Source of the DNA: Cladosporium halotolerans
Lineage: Eukaryota
Reading direction: 5' to 3'
Assembly (NCBI RefSeq): GCF_011745625.1
Contig: NW_027191452.1
Coordinates: 1,178,001-1,242,000 of the forward strand
DNA length: 64,000 nucleotides
Program-made: the position numbers and the translations under genes
Notes under the pieces: generated by a model
Seen by the model: the letters and a program-made list of their open reading frames with translations, nothing else
What the model was told of the DNA's origin: nothing
Databases searched by the model: none
Shown: one piece after another, positions 1-12,804 of the stretch
How the letters are laid out: the number at the start of each line of letters is the position of its first letter
Numbering within the stretch: the stretch's first letter is position 1

Positions 1-98
1 ACCTGAGAGTGACCTCACCCAAGACGCCCCGCCCCATCCTCCGAGATGATTTGACCCGGACCTCCCATAGACACCTCACTGCTGGCTCCCTCAACACC

Positions 99-1730
99 AT
101 GACTGCGTTCCTTTGGCGGGCATTGTTCGCCGTGGTCGTTGTCGTGCTTGTTGCGCAAAACATCCTGCTCTGGCATTCTTCTGGCAAACCATCCGAACCT
201 TCGATTCCTCTACCCAAGAATGGACACAGGCCCTCGAGTCAACCCGAGGAGAGCCACCCAGAGAGCCAAACAACTCTGGTGTCACATGAGTCGAACTGGA
301 CCTATGAGCCTCTGAAACATGCAGAGGACTTCACCCTCAATCGCCACAAGTGCGAGATAGCCTTCCCGGATCTCTGGTACGAAATCGACCGATCCGTCTC
401 GTACTGGAAACACAACATCTCGCGCTCGATCACCGAAGACGACATCTCCCTCGACTGGCGCGAGAATGGCGCCTTCCGGGCCTTGATCCACAGGAACCAG
501 CTTCGCATCATCGAAACAAAGGGCATCTTCACCCTCGAGGGCTCGCAGTTCCCCGAACGTGCAATCGCCGTCTGGCAGCAAATCCACCGCGCCCTCCTCG
601 GCGCCACCGCAGCAGGAGAGACCCTCCCCTCCATTGAGTTCTCCGTGAGCGTGGACGATCGGCCCGACACCCCCGAGGAAGACCCCGAGGACACGCACAC
701 GCTCTGGTCCTTCTCCCGCAAATACGACAACCCCGCGCACGACCGCGCCTGGGTCATGCCGGACTTCAACTTCTGGTCCTGGCGCGGCGTGGCCGGCTCC
801 TTCACCGAGATGCGCGCCCGCGGCAAGCAGCTGGACGAGTACATCGAGGACAAGATCCAGAAGGCCGTGTGGCGCGGCGTGGTCTGGACGAACCCGGACG
901 TGCGCGCGCCGCTGCTCGAGGCGACGCAGGGCAAGCCCTGGGCCGACGTCGTCGAGTTCGACTGGATGACGCACGCCAACTTCATCCCCATGGAGGACTT
1001 CTGCCGCTACGCGCTCCTCGTGCACACCGAGGGCCGCTCGTGGTCCGGCCGCCTGAAGTACCTGCTCAACTGCGACTCCGTCACCATGATCCACGACCGC
1101 GAGTGGACCGCGCACTACTACAGCCTGCTGAAGGACAGCGGGCCCGGCCAGAACTACGTGTCCGTCAAGCGCGACTTCTCGGATCTGAGGGAGAAGGTGC
1201 TGCACCAGCTGACGGACGTGCGCGACGCGCAGAGGATCGCGAACAACGCCGTGGCGACCTTCCGCGACCGCTACCTGACGCTCGCGGCGGAGACGTGCTA
1301 CTGGAGGCGGATGATCCAGTCGTGGAGTGATATTGCGTTCAGCCCGGAGGTCTACGAGGATGTGGAGAAGAATATTACGGGCAAGATGAAGACGAAGCGG
1401 ATGCTGAGGGGCATTGCGTTCGAGGAGATGGTGACGCAGGGTGCGAGGCGGGATGAATACCCGCCTACGCCGAAGGAGGAGGAACCTGCTGAGGGAGAGG
1501 GAGAAGAGGGAGAGGTTGAGGGAGAAGGTGAAGGTGAGGACGAGGGCGAGGGCGAGGGAGAAGGCGAGGGAGAAGGACAGGGCGAAGGCGAGGGCAGCGA
1601 AGCAGAGACGAAAGAGGGGGCTCACGGGACGAACGAGGGCGGGAGCAGCAGTGATGGATCGGACAAGGAAGGCGGAGGAGCAGACGCTCCACAGACCAGC
1701 AGCGCTGCCAAACACGGCCAGACAGGGTGA
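99..1730 (+). CDS. Glycosyltransferase family 90 (CAP10-like / KDELC-POGLUT type) type II membrane protein with acidic Glu-Gly C-terminal tail
   Basis: First ATG in good context at 99 (caccATG); N-terminal signal anchor (LWRALFAVVVVVLVAQNILLW); GT90 motifs WVMPDFNFWSW, KAVWRG, HTEGRSWSGRLKYLLNCDS, NYVSVKRDFSDL, AAETCYWRR; intronless. Confidence 0.85.
   Translation: MTAFLWRALFAVVVVVLVAQNILLWHSSGKPSEPSIPLPKNGHRPSSQPEESHPESQTTLVSHESNWTYEPLKHAEDFTLNRHKCEIAFPDLWYEIDRSVSYWKHNISRSITEDDISLDWRENGAFRALIHRNQLRIIETKGIFTLEGSQFPERAIAVWQQIHRALLGATAAGETLPSIEFSVSVDDRPDTPEEDPEDTHTLWSFSRKYDNPAHDRAWVMPDFNFWSWRGVAGSFTEMRARGKQLDEYIEDKIQKAVWRGVVWTNPDVRAPLLEATQGKPWADVVEFDWMTHANFIPMEDFCRYALLVHTEGRSWSGRLKYLLNCDSVTMIHDREWTAHYYSLLKDSGPGQNYVSVKRDFSDLREKVLHQLTDVRDAQRIANNAVATFRDRYLTLAAETCYWRRMIQSWSDIAFSPEVYEDVEKNITGKMKTKRMLRGIAFEEMVTQGARRDEYPPTPKEEEPAEGEGEEGEVEGEGEGEDEGEGEGEGEGEGQGEGEGSEAETKEGAHGTNEGGSSSDGSDKEGGGADAPQTSSAAKHGQTG
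1491..1595 (+). repeat. Imperfect hexamer repeat (GARGGN)n encoding an (EG)n tract
   Basis: gagggagagggagaagagggagaggttgagggagaaggtgaaggtgaggacgagggcgagggcgagggagaaggcgag..., translating as EGEGEEGEVEGEGEGEDEGEGEGEGEGEGQGEGEG. Confidence 0.9.
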
Positions 1731-2842
1731 AGTGGCCCTTCACGAAGTTGTTCGACATTCATGGCCACGCCCTCTGGACTGCCTCGCCGCTCCTCGGGCG
1801 ATTGTTGCAGCGCATCCGCAAAAGGAGGTAGGCAAGCCAGAAAGCGAGGGATCAGGGAAAGCCGTCATTATCCGACGGCGGAAGTCTCAAGCCGCGATGC
1901 GTTTGATTGCCGATGGGAACATCCACCGAGACCACGGGCCGTGCTCTCCCGCGCTCGTTTCAAAAGAAAAGGCTGAACCCAGCATTCCTAGCTTGCAGAA
2001 GACGAAGAGCGAATGGCGTACGAGCAGAAAGAAACGAACACCAGCCCGCGCGAGGCGGCGATTCGCGCACAGAAGAATCAAGGAGTCTGCATGACGAGAG
2101 GCGAACGGGACGGATTTTTGCATTTACACTAATGATCTTGCTGTTGAGCGTTTGTTGTACATACCAACTGTTGATTTGGATGGCGTTGGCTTTTTGACGG
2201 ATCTACGACAGATCCATGATCCAGGTTTGGATGTTTCGAGTCTTGCGATCCAGAATCTCGGATAAAGTCTGAGAAATTCAAGGGAATATTTAACATCCTT
2301 CTCGGGAATTTCGGTATCTTTCGTCAAAAGCGTGATAAGGAAGAGCTCCAGACACGATGAGGAGAGTCGATGCGACTAGGAAGGGCAAGGTCGAGAACTG
2401 TGTTGAAGGCAATTCGACTGTGCTTCAATTTCACCCATAGAGTGCTAGCCAAGGGGCGGCAATTGGAGCTTAAGAACGAAACTGACAAGAGCCGCGGAAA
2501 CATTTTCTTTTCCGAAGGGCGTGCACATTTAGAAGGAACATGAGGTTATCATTCATTCAATTGTCATGACTTTGCCATCCACTAAGAAGGACATCCAGTC
2601 GCAGGAATGCTTCTATCATTTCCTCTATCGTTTGCGCCTGCTCGGCATGATCGTAGTGCTTGACGACGCGCAATGCGAAGCGCGACATGAAAATGCAACA
2701 ACGGGGCGCGCTCCGTTTCGCCGACACACGGCGCCTCTTCGCTGCTCCCATGCAATTACCGAAAACGCTTGAAACCATGCGGTCCTATTGGAGGAACCGC
2801 ACGACTGGAGAAAACACGCTTGAAGAAAGAGCAAAAGATTGC

Positions 2843-4879
2843 TTAGAAAGAGAAGCCTCCGGGGAAGCCTCCCCTGCCTCCGCCGCCGAAGGGGTTGCCG
2901 CCCCGTCCGCCTCCTCCGCCGCCGTTCATCATGTTGAAGAGCATCTCCGGGTCGATCTGGACACCACCGCCCATGCCGCCCATGCCTCCCATTCCTCCCA
3001 TGCCGCCCGGGAAGCCACCACCGAAGCCTTCGGTCGGGTCCATGAGGTCTGCGCCGGAGTCGAACTGCTGTCTCTTCTGCGGGTCGGTGAGGACCTCGTG
3101 CGCCTCAGAAATGTCCTTGAAGCGCTCCTCGGCCTCGGCGTTGCCGGGGTTCTTGTCCGGGTGGTGCTTGACGGCGAGCTTCTTGTACGCGCGCTTGATC
3201 TCGTGCTCGCTGGCGTCCTTGTCGACGCCGAGGATCTTGTAGTGGTCCTTGCGCTTGCTCTTCTTGAGCTCGAGCTCGGCGTTGCGGATGTCCTTGGCGA
3301 TGTTGGGCTCCTCGGGGTTCTGCTCCTGGATGCTCTTGTACGCCCTCACGGCCTCTTCCCAGTCGCCGCCCTCGCCGAGCGCCTTCGCGCGGGTCTTGCG
3401 CGCCTTGACGTAGGACGGATCGAGCTTGATAGCTTGGTCGCAGTCCTGGATGACCTGATCCCACTGCTTGAGCTTCGTGTAGCACATGGCGCGGTTGTTC
3501 AGGATCTTCGAGTTGGTGCCCTTGTTTGTCGGGTCGATCTCGAGCGCTGATGTGTATACGTCCACGGCTTGCTGGAAGCGGCCGGCCTTGAAGTGCGTGT
3601 TACCCTCCTCTTTGGTCCTGTCCAGCTTCTGCACCATTCTCAGATACTTGACGGCATCCTTGAAGTCCGGGTCGCAGGCCAGCGCTTGCCTGAAGTGCTG
3701 GATCGCCTTGTCGTTTTCGCCCTGCGCGTAGAGCGCGCGGCCTCTGAGCACCAGCGCATCGGGGTCTGCGTTGTTCGACCGCAGCATGCCCATGGCGATG
3801 TTCTGTGCATCTCCCAACGCATTCACGTTGCCCATCTTCAGATACGCTTCACCACGGAGCAGCTTCCACTTGCGCGGCGGCTGGACGGTGAAGCCCAAGC
3901 CCTTCTCGGCCTGATCGATGCCGAACAAGACCATCGATCCCGCGGTGCCTGTCTTCAGATGCTCTTCTGCCTGTGTAATGTGCTGCTTCATCTGCTGCGC
4001 GGGAGCCCTGTCCTTGGCAGACGCAGGCGGGTCTATCCGATCGAACACATCCAATGCTTCCTCTGGGCGTCCGAGAGCTGTGTAAATCCTGGCCATTCTC
4101 AGCAGAACCTTGGCGTTCTTCGGATCGATCTCCTCTGCTTGTTTGCAGTCTTCGAGCGCCAAGACATACTGGTGAGCGGCCATAAATGCTGCAGCGCGGT
4201 TGGACAGGTAGGTCGCAGATTTCTTGTCAGCCTCAATGGCTACAGATCGTTAGCTAAAACGTGACACTGTGACATGCGACAATTTCATTTGACACCCACC
4301 CTTTGTGTACTCTTCGATCGCCTTGTCATACTGCTGGGCCTTGAAAAACTTGTTTCCCGCTTCCTTGCACTTCTCAGCATCCACCGCAGGAGGTGGCGAG
4401 TTCGAGGGCGACCTGTGCGGTGGAGGCGGAGGCGCGGCATCGTCGCTGTGGTCGCCGTTTACTGCGTTTCCGTTGGTGTTGGGGAAAGCCCCGGGCGTTT
4501 GCGGCGCAGGCGTCGATTCCTGCATAGGCTCGCCGGCCTCGTCTTTCGGGCTGCCCATGTTTGCAGAGTTCTGCAGAGCGCTCAAGCGCCTGAGCTCCTC
4601 GGGTGGGAGGTTGAGAGGGTGCGAGTCGGAGGATCGCCTGCGGGCGCCGAAAGTCCTGTTGCGGCGCGGGCTTTTCGGCTGCTTCTCTCGCTCACGCTGC
4701 TGTTCCTTCACGAAGGAACTCCGGCTTTTCTTGTCGGGCGACGACAGCGGGGACCTCGCGGTTTGCGCTTGGACGGGATCCACTGACGGGCGTCGGGGGG
4801 CGTCGATGGAGTCGCCGTGCTTGTCGAGCGGGTGGGGGACGGAGGGCGAGGATTTCTTGCGGGCGAAGATTGACGGCAT
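2843..4879 (-). CDS. TPR-repeat DnaJ co-chaperone (DNAJC7/Tpr2-like), 2 exons (intron 4240-4299)
   Basis: Splicing GTGGGT...CTAAC...TAG joins EEYTK to [18 protein letters not shown]; multiple TPR motifs; J domain with HPD (KHHPDKNPG); G/F/M-rich C-terminus. Confidence 0.92.
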
Positions 4880-5329
4880 CGGAGAGTCGAAGAAAAGGCA
4901 GGGTCACCTGACACAAAAGTCTATCAGGGAATGGCCTGCGTGCACGTAGTGCGTTCGGCGGGAGGGCGGGTAGGCGCAGAGGGAGCACCATTCGAGTGGG
5001 TGAGAGAGCCTCTAGCGCACCGGCTGCCCGCTGCCCGCCCGTGTGGCGTTCGAGAAGCTTCCATCATCAATATCTTGGCGTGGTTGCGATGTCGCCCTCA
5101 CGTGCTCGGTGAAGTGAAGTGTTTCACGCGTCTGTGAAGCATCGCTCGACAAAGGACATCTTCAGTGACATACTCCTCATCATCTGGACCATGCTTGAGA
5201 GCTTGTGAACCAATGGCTCGTGCCATGCCTGCTAGGACTACATACCTACTGTCTTGACGCCCAACATCCGCAGACCGATGATCCTGTGTCTCAGGATCGT
5301 CATCCCGAGCAAAACTATGAATGTTCACT

Positions 5330-7060
5330 TAGTGAAGAGCTCACGGGAAGAGAATCATGTGATTGAACAATGGCACATGTGTATCTGCAGTCATCCGCGC
5401 CTTTACCGTATCGTCTAATTAAACAATACCGCCGCCCCAAGTACACCGTCGCCATACCATCAAGCATGAACATTGCATTGTTCGACCCAAGCTTTACAAA
5501 CATAGTCCAGACAGCGTGGCCCGCAGGAACGATAGCGACGCGTTGGCCGATGCGGCGCGCGACTCAATATGTGTCTGTGAGATATCCTGTGAGGACTGTA
5601 TCAATTTGACAACGCTGTATCCAACGAGCGATAGCGAAACAATAGAAATCCAGAGCGAGTGCCTTCCAGTATTGGCGATAGCGTCAAGCCGAACCACCAA
5701 AAGGCTGCTGCCAGAATCGGTGCGGCGACAAGAAAACCAAATAATTTGTCTTCAGGCTGTGTAGAGGCTCGTTGTCCTGAGCGCGGACTCTGGCGAGATG
5801 CAGGTCCCAGAATCGTGGCAGAAACGTGAGGAAAGCCTCCGCTGAGAATGCTAGATTGACCAGCGAGCACTGCCTTGCGTCGAAACCGAAGCCATCGACG
5901 AAGAGGACGGAGAAGACCTTACCTCGAACTCGCAATAAATGCTCGAGGGACCTAAAAGCTGAATCAGGCAGCTCAGCTAAGAATGCGACGACGTGATTGG
6001 CTCGGATAACCCCGGCGCTAGCTGCGGTACCACAAACACATGCCTCTGCACCCGCTAGATTTATATGTGCCTCGACTTGCCTCGAGGCCTAAAGGTAAGG
6101 TAAACCATCAAAAGTACTGCAGAATGAGCGTATTTACTGGAGAGGCAGGAAGGGATTGGTTTTGCAAAATCTGCGGAAACCAGGGAACTTCTGTGTGCGA
6201 CTGGGAGAGAGTCCTGAAGGTCCAAACTGACGGTCGATCGCCCAGATCTCCCGTTGGAGGATTTTGAGGGCCGGCTTTCCTTCATTGCGAAGCAAAGCAG
6301 CATTGAGAGTCTGGACATGGCTGCTGATAAGCCAAAGACCCCTGGCCTCGACGGGTGTCAGTCAGACTGCTCCTGTTCTTCAGGCGATGAAAGACTGTCC
6401 ATTTCAACGACGATGTGCTGACAAGAGTTGCCGTGGCAGGTCCTATTCCCAGAGCAACGACAGCCCCGCTGATCCAGACTTGAAAGACCCATATCCTTGC
6501 TTCAGCATCGAACATGTCCTCGAGGGTGCTGACCGCAACAGTCGTCGGAAGCGCATTCATGAATGCACATACCACGCGGCCCACGATGATCGCGGCGAAT
6601 TTAGGAAGTCCGACCACAATGATGGAACTTGCAGTGAAGTTAGCACTTCCTAAGACATAGAGCATCCGCCCTCCCCACGCTTCGGCGACAGGCGCCAGCA
6701 GAAGACCGCCGAAAGCCTGTGCCAACAGGTATGTTGTAGTGAAGCACGCGACCGCGCCTCTGGCAAAGAATTAAAGATCTGCGGCTGCTGCAACCGCAAT
6801 CGACGAGCCTGTGTTGCTCACAAGGGTCGTATAAACCTCCATGGAGCAGATTACGGCAGCACAGTACCACTTTCGAATGGTAGACCAGTTCCGCGGGTGA
6901 AGACTGCTGTCAGGCTGGAATGCGACGACTCTGGTATTGCTCACATCGATATCTCGAGAAGCTAGAGCGTCTGCGACCTGACATGGAATCTTGACCAAGG
7001 GGTTTTCTTGGATGCAAGGGTCTCCCGATGAAGCCGAAGAAGCCGAAGACGCCGAAGATA
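5330..7060 (-). pseudogene. Degenerate MFS drug:H+ antiporter (DHA1-like) transporter
   Basis: DHA1-like N-terminal motif HPRNWSTIRKW; in-frame TAA at 6771-6773; continues LAQAFGGLLLAPVAEAWGGR and STLEDMF; the C-terminal half (QPEDKLFGFLVAAP, WISIVSLSLVGYS, AASANASLSFLRA) is split over several frames. Boundaries are approximate. Confidence 0.75.
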
Positions 7061-7747
7061 CCGATACGGATCGTTACGAAGCCGTTTAAGAGGCCAACGA
7101 GCCATCCTTATAACTGCTGCCCTGCGTAGTCACACTTACAGTGTCCACGGTGAGCAATTTTCCATCATGAAAGCACTTGTCGACCTCCGTCCGTGCTACA
7201 CAATCTTTCCTAGAAAGCAAACGCGAGAGTGGGAGCAAATGCAAGCATCATTCTTGACTGCCAGGAGAAAGGAGGCATGACTGCCAAACACTGAGTGATT
7301 TTCTAGGGATCTGGCTGAAAGGAAAGCCAGTGTCATGACTGTTGCCACAACAAGCCCTTAACGGCCTCCATTGAGCACCGATTCGATGTGCACAGCTCTG
7401 AGATCTCGTCGGATATCATCGTGGATGTGACGATGAGGTAACTTCCCCGTAGCAACGGGCACATCCCAGTCATGATTATTTGAGACATATAGTCTTGTAG
7501 CCAAAGAATGTAATTTTGAAATACGACGATCGATCATGACTCCTCAGTGCTACTTGGTGCTGCGTAAGACCAAAAGGCGCACTGAACATTACAGCACAAA
7601 TTTCAGACGAGCTCATGCACCAAGCGTGGGAGTTTCTTTCTAGCTTGTAGCCTTTTGGATTGGTGCTGCTACATAGCGTATGCTAACAAATGCTTACGAA
7701 AATCTTTTTGGTCTGCATAGCTTAACGCTCGATGAATGTATCTGCAT

Positions 7748-10700
7748 CTAAGCCCAGCTCAGCGTCCAGTCCTTAGCCCAAGCGCCCTCCTCAGTCAGGC
7801 TCTCCAAGCCCTTGATGCTCACGACCTTGCTCGTGCTGTTGTACTTGACGTCCGCCGTGCCGTTCAGCTGGGCGCCGTTGAGCGTCACCATGCTGGGCGC
7901 GCTCTGGACACCGAGAATAGTGACATTGGCAAGCTTGTTGCTGTCCTCGTACAAGCCGCGGCCAGAAGCGTAGAGCGAGCCGTTGGTGGCGGTGAAGTCC
8001 ACGAAGAGCGAAGACTCCGGCTCGATGCTCTCGCCGTCGTCGACGTACAGCTGACCTGTGGCCGCGCCGTCGGCGTCCAGCGCGGCGATCAGCGACCACG
8101 AGCTGTTCCTCGATTCGGCCGTCGTGTAGAGGGCTTCCTGCTGGGGCAGGACCGCGCCGCCGCGGATGTATACGGGAATGTGGCCCAGGGGTGCGTCGAT
8201 GGTGTGGTTGACGCCGGGCTGCGCGTCGAAGGCGGCCTGCGAGTACCAGTCGTACCACTTCTCGCCATCGCCGACGCCGGGGAAGACACCGCCACGGCTG
8301 GTGAGGCCTTGGCCGAGAACTGGGGTGATCAGGAGGTTGGGTCCGAGGAGGAACTGGTTGTCAATGGCGGCTAGGGAGGGGTCGTTGGGGAACTCCCAGC
8401 TGAGGGCGCGCATGACGGTGCTGCCAGTGGTGTGAGAGAGGTGGAAGAGCGTGTACATGTAGGGCAGAAGAGAGTAGCGGATCGCCATGGCCTTGCGGGA
8501 GGCTTCGGCGACAGATGCCCAGACGTAAGCTTCTTGCGGGTTAGCGGACAGAGTGTTGTGGTTACGGTAGAATGGGAAGAATGCAGAGACCTATGCAGGT
8601 GTTAGCGACTTTGAACAGCGTCTGGGATAATGTGCGTGATGGCACCACTAAGGTGCGGTCGATCGACACTAAGATGATTATCCCACATACCTGCATCCAT
8701 CTGTTGCAAAGCTCTTCATCCGAGTTACCGCCGAAACCGCAGGTATCGACACCGAACATGGGAATCCCGAACAGGGCGAAGTTCAGCGCCTGGGAAATGC
8801 TGAAGTACATGTATGCGAACAAGCTCGCGTTGTCACCGCCCCAGTGGCCAGCCCATTTACCGGAACCAGCAAAGGTGGAACGTCCAATGATGAACGGACG
8901 CTTGCCAGGGAAAATGTCCAGGAGCGCATGGTATGTTGCATTAAGGATTTGGTGACCGAAGAGGTTGTGGACATCGTACTCTTCGATGCCATCTGCGTGC
9001 GTGGCGTTGGGGCTAACGGCGTGTACGGCCAGGTCGCCGTTGACGTTGTTGATCACGTACGGTGGCTGGTTGACGTTGCGGACGCCAGGCGTGACAGAGG
9101 ACGTGAAGTAGGGCTGAGTAGCGGTCTCTGTGGGAGTCGCTGATGCAACACTCGATGCTTGAGAAGCAGAGAGGGAGGATGCCACGGCTGCCTCAGTGCT
9201 GTTAGTGAGGTTGAATCCCTACATGAAAGAAAATGGTTAGCTTCGGTCCATATCTCCGATTGTTAGTGGAACAAACCTCGGGGTATGTGAAGATCCTCAT
9301 GCTAGGCTCTCCAGGGAGAGCGAACGGGGGATGAACCGGGTTGAGCGACAGGTTCCCAGTGCCGCAAGAGCCAATGCAGAATGAGCTAGCTTCGCTCTGT
9401 ATCATATGTTAGTCGCTTGTTCGTCGGTGGTTCGGAATTTCAACCTCACCATGTCAATCCAGATGCCAGAGAACTTGCTGACATTGTAATGAGCACGCAT
9501 GGAGTCACTCCACCAAGAGACAGCCTCGGAAGTGTGCCAGTCAGGGAAGACGGTGTATCCTGGCCAGACAGAGCCGATGTACTCGGATCCATCCGCGTTG
9601 CTCAAGAAGACGCCACGCTCATGACCATCAGAGTAAACACTGTAGCTGTCGGTGGCATTGTCGGGGTTGGGAATGTAGATAGCCGAGTCCACAATCGGGA
9701 TGTAATGCTGTCCGTTCTTCTCGAGCATGTCGAAGAATGCAACACCGTCCTCGGCGGAGAACGTGTTCGGATCTTGGGTGAAGTCGCGGTATTGGAACAT
9801 GTCTGCGAAAACCGGTTAGAATGAGCTTCAGAAAGTGATACCTCCGATGAAAACTTACAGTCAATATCATGCCAGATAGTCTCCAGGGGAATGCCAGCGT
9901 CCCTATAGGCGTTCACGACATCTGTGGTCTCGCTCCAATTTTTGTAGCCCCAACGGCACTGATGGAAGCCGAAGCCCCAGTACGACTGCATGGCAGGCAA
10001 GCCGACAGCACCGGTCTGGTACTGTTTGGTGACCTCTTCTTGAGTGGGACCGTCGAAGAAATAGAGATCTATCGATCCTCCAAGTGCGCGCCAAGTCAGG
10101 TTGGTCGGAAGCATGAGAGCCTCCATGGCGTGGGCGCTGCGCTGGTAGACACCGTGGCTCCGGCCGATGTAGTCGCCCTTCGCGCTGGCATTTTGCGATG
10201 TGACGAGCTTGTGCGAGCCGTTCTTCTCGTCAATCTCGTAGTACCTAGTGTCGAGATAGAACGGGTGATTGCCGTAGATGTTGCCTAGGTTCTCTCGTCA
10301 GAATTTGTTGCGACGACACGATTGATCCACGCAACGCACCATCAATGGGATCGGCAGCATCGGCAGCATAGAAGGTCGCCGTGAAGTTGTTGCCGAGCTT
10401 CAATCCGTGGATTCTCTCACCCATGCCATAGAGGTTGTAGTTCTCAGGCAGCTGGGTGACGAATTCAATGAACTGGTTCTCGTAGACCAACACGCTACCC
10501 CTCGTATCGTAAAGAACATCTCCAGTCGATTTGCGCACAACCGTGAAGGAGAAGCTAGGATCATTGCTCCAGCTGAACTGAAGATCGATGTTCTCCGTCT
10601 CAGGCTCGGGGACACCCTGTTGCGGCAGGTCGACGAGCTCTGGAGACAGAACGTAATGAGTGATATTGCTGCTGTCCAGATGCAGAGGCTTGATGTTGAC

Positions 10701-11208
10701 GTTCAGACGATGAGCGTCCTGGACGTTGACGGTCAAGTTGAGAGTCTCAATGTCGGTACTAAGAACTTGTTAGTGAAGTTCCACCCGGCGAGCGTTGCGG
10801 TTGTGACTCGCCCATAGACGTTGCACTGCATCTTTATCAGCATCTGTGTTCACGCACAAGCCATTTTCGGGTGCTTACAGGCGCGCCTGCCAGGGTCAGG
10901 ATAGCGGAGAACCCAGTCGCGGTCTTCTCAACATCGCTGGCCGTGTAGCCAGGGCACACGTCTTGAGCTTGCACAGCATGAGGGTCTTGCACATTCGGGA
11001 GCAAGTTTGGCCCAATGTCTGCTGATGCAGGTACTGTGAAAGCGTTGCTGAAAGTCGTAGCCGTGCCATCGATGGTCGCCGTAATCACGCTGTTGGTGGT
11101 CGGGCTTCCTGTGGCGGACCCAGCATATGAGGAAGCGTTCTGTCCCGCAGCAAGAGACGAAGACGCGAGAGCGAGCAGAGCGCTCTTCATTGATCCAAGG
11201 CGCGCCAT
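7748..11208 (-). CDS. Secreted GH31 alpha-glucosidase (AgdA-like), 8 exons; an alternative upstream in-frame ATG lies at 11394
   Basis: Signal peptide MARLGSMKSALLALASSSLAAGQ; spliced motifs CNVYGTDIE, NIYGNHPFY, GFHQCRWGY, IWHDIDYM, catalytic WIDMSE, HWGGDN, GVDTCGF, FYRNHN. Introns at about 10826-10878, 10759-10811 (GC-AG), 10285-10339, 9803-9858, 9397-9449, 9219-9276 and 8591-8690. Confidence 0.93.
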
Positions 11209-12804
11209 GACGGCGGATTCGGATTGGTCAACCAACTGGCGTTGTGGACCGAGTGCCGTAACCGACTGAGGACTTTTCGATGTAGTAAGGGAAGTGCTCA
11301 GAGTGCCCAAGGTGAGCGAAGTGACATAAACGAGAAACGCGATCAAGACACAGCGAACAAGTCGTCCTCGACTCTTATACCATTGACCAGCCATTTTGAG
11401 GCTCCGCTCATCTCCACAGGGGAGGTGATCAGCGTCACGACGTCAACTAGACTGGTGCCGCCGCCGTCCGATCCGCTATATACTTTTGGTCCCTGCCGTG
11501 ACGACCCCGCAAAGTGGAGAAATAGATGGAGGAAGGACAAGAATCGAAGCGAGCGGATGGCGCCGTGAGCTTGATGAGTCCCAAGAGTGCCGCGAGCGTT
11601 TGAACGATGGGGAGCCGATGGTGCACTACATGCGGCGAGGGACCGTGGGACCGTGGCGTGACATGTCAGGTTTTGGTCAAGCGCGCATTAATCGATGACA
11701 TAGGCTCGCCCGCGTGGTAGAGTTTCTGCGAGAAAAGGACCGACAGCTCGAGCGATGTCTCGCTCAAACGGGCACTTGCCGTGGATGAAGTTGGGGTTGA
11801 GTTTGCGCTTGATGCTTGGTCTTGCTTAGGGGATCGTTTGGCACGCGGGACCACCTGGGGATCTGCGGGCGGCGGCTGAGTGTGGATGTCACGGAGCTTT
11901 TGTCGGCGGTTGTGCGTCGTTAGACTGATGAGGCAGATCGTCAATAATCAGAGTCTCCACTGGAGCAGGCTCCATCGAACAACAATGCATTGACTTCTGA
12001 AGCGTGCCGGTTCATGAATGCGCTACACAACGTGATCGCTGGTCTCAACAGCCGTTTGCCGTGCTCCAGTAAAAATTTGGGTGACACCTGACCCGGCTGG
12101 ACGCATGGTACGGTGAAGGAGACCTGATCATATAGGGGACCCTCGGGACAAACACAGACGAAATCAATTGACTCTTCGGCACTTTAGGAAGACGGAGTTG
12201 TTGTGTGCCCAGCATGATCACGATCCGGTATGGTGACAACAGAGCGCGCAGGGAATTTGGCATGAAAGTCTCTTCGTAAGGTTAGTGGTCTAGTGAGGTG
12301 GTAAAGTCTCGTTGTGTATGGGATGTGCTCTGGTACTTTATTATGATATGGGCCGGAGCATAATACTGCTGAATATTCGTCGTCAGATACTGCATCGTGT
12401 CCGTGGAGCCGCTGATGCAATCGTAAATGGGCGATGACTCGGATACTACCGCATAGATCCGGGAGTACAAAAGTTTAATGTGCACGATCATAAGTGCCCC
12501 AGCCAAAAGAGCCGAGTCCCAGGGCAGGAACTGGTGGATACTGGCCAAAATCACGCAGTGGATACGCACTGCTATTAGTTATGGTACTATCGACGCCGCA
12601 ATGGTCAAGACCCACGCGAGATACGAGCTGTCTCTGCGCGTGAGCAAAGCGATGCATATGCTGTTCTAAGCGAGCGTGGGCTCCCAGAGTGCTCAAGCTC
12701 CCTCTGTGCAGTGGTGAAAAGGTCAAAGGAAAAGGGTGGCCCGGAACGCCGCGCTCAGGATATGTACCCAAAGAAACCCCAGGACACAAGGAAATCGAAT
12801 CCAA

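Noticed and set aside
282..1715. 477-aa minus-strand ORF, and similar long antisense or alternate-frame ORFs at 2660-3550, 18418-19947, 22445-23932, 31981-33051 and 57138-58244
   Set aside because: Shadow ORFs of real genes produced by high GC3 codon bias; no recognisable motifs
1900..2780. Possible decayed minus-strand gene between the GT90 and TPR-DnaJ genes
   Set aside because: Only short interrupted frames and no identifiable homology
12100..12670. Short ORF fragments that may be a gene relic
   Set aside because: Multiple stops and no family motif recognised; cannot be supported without a homology search
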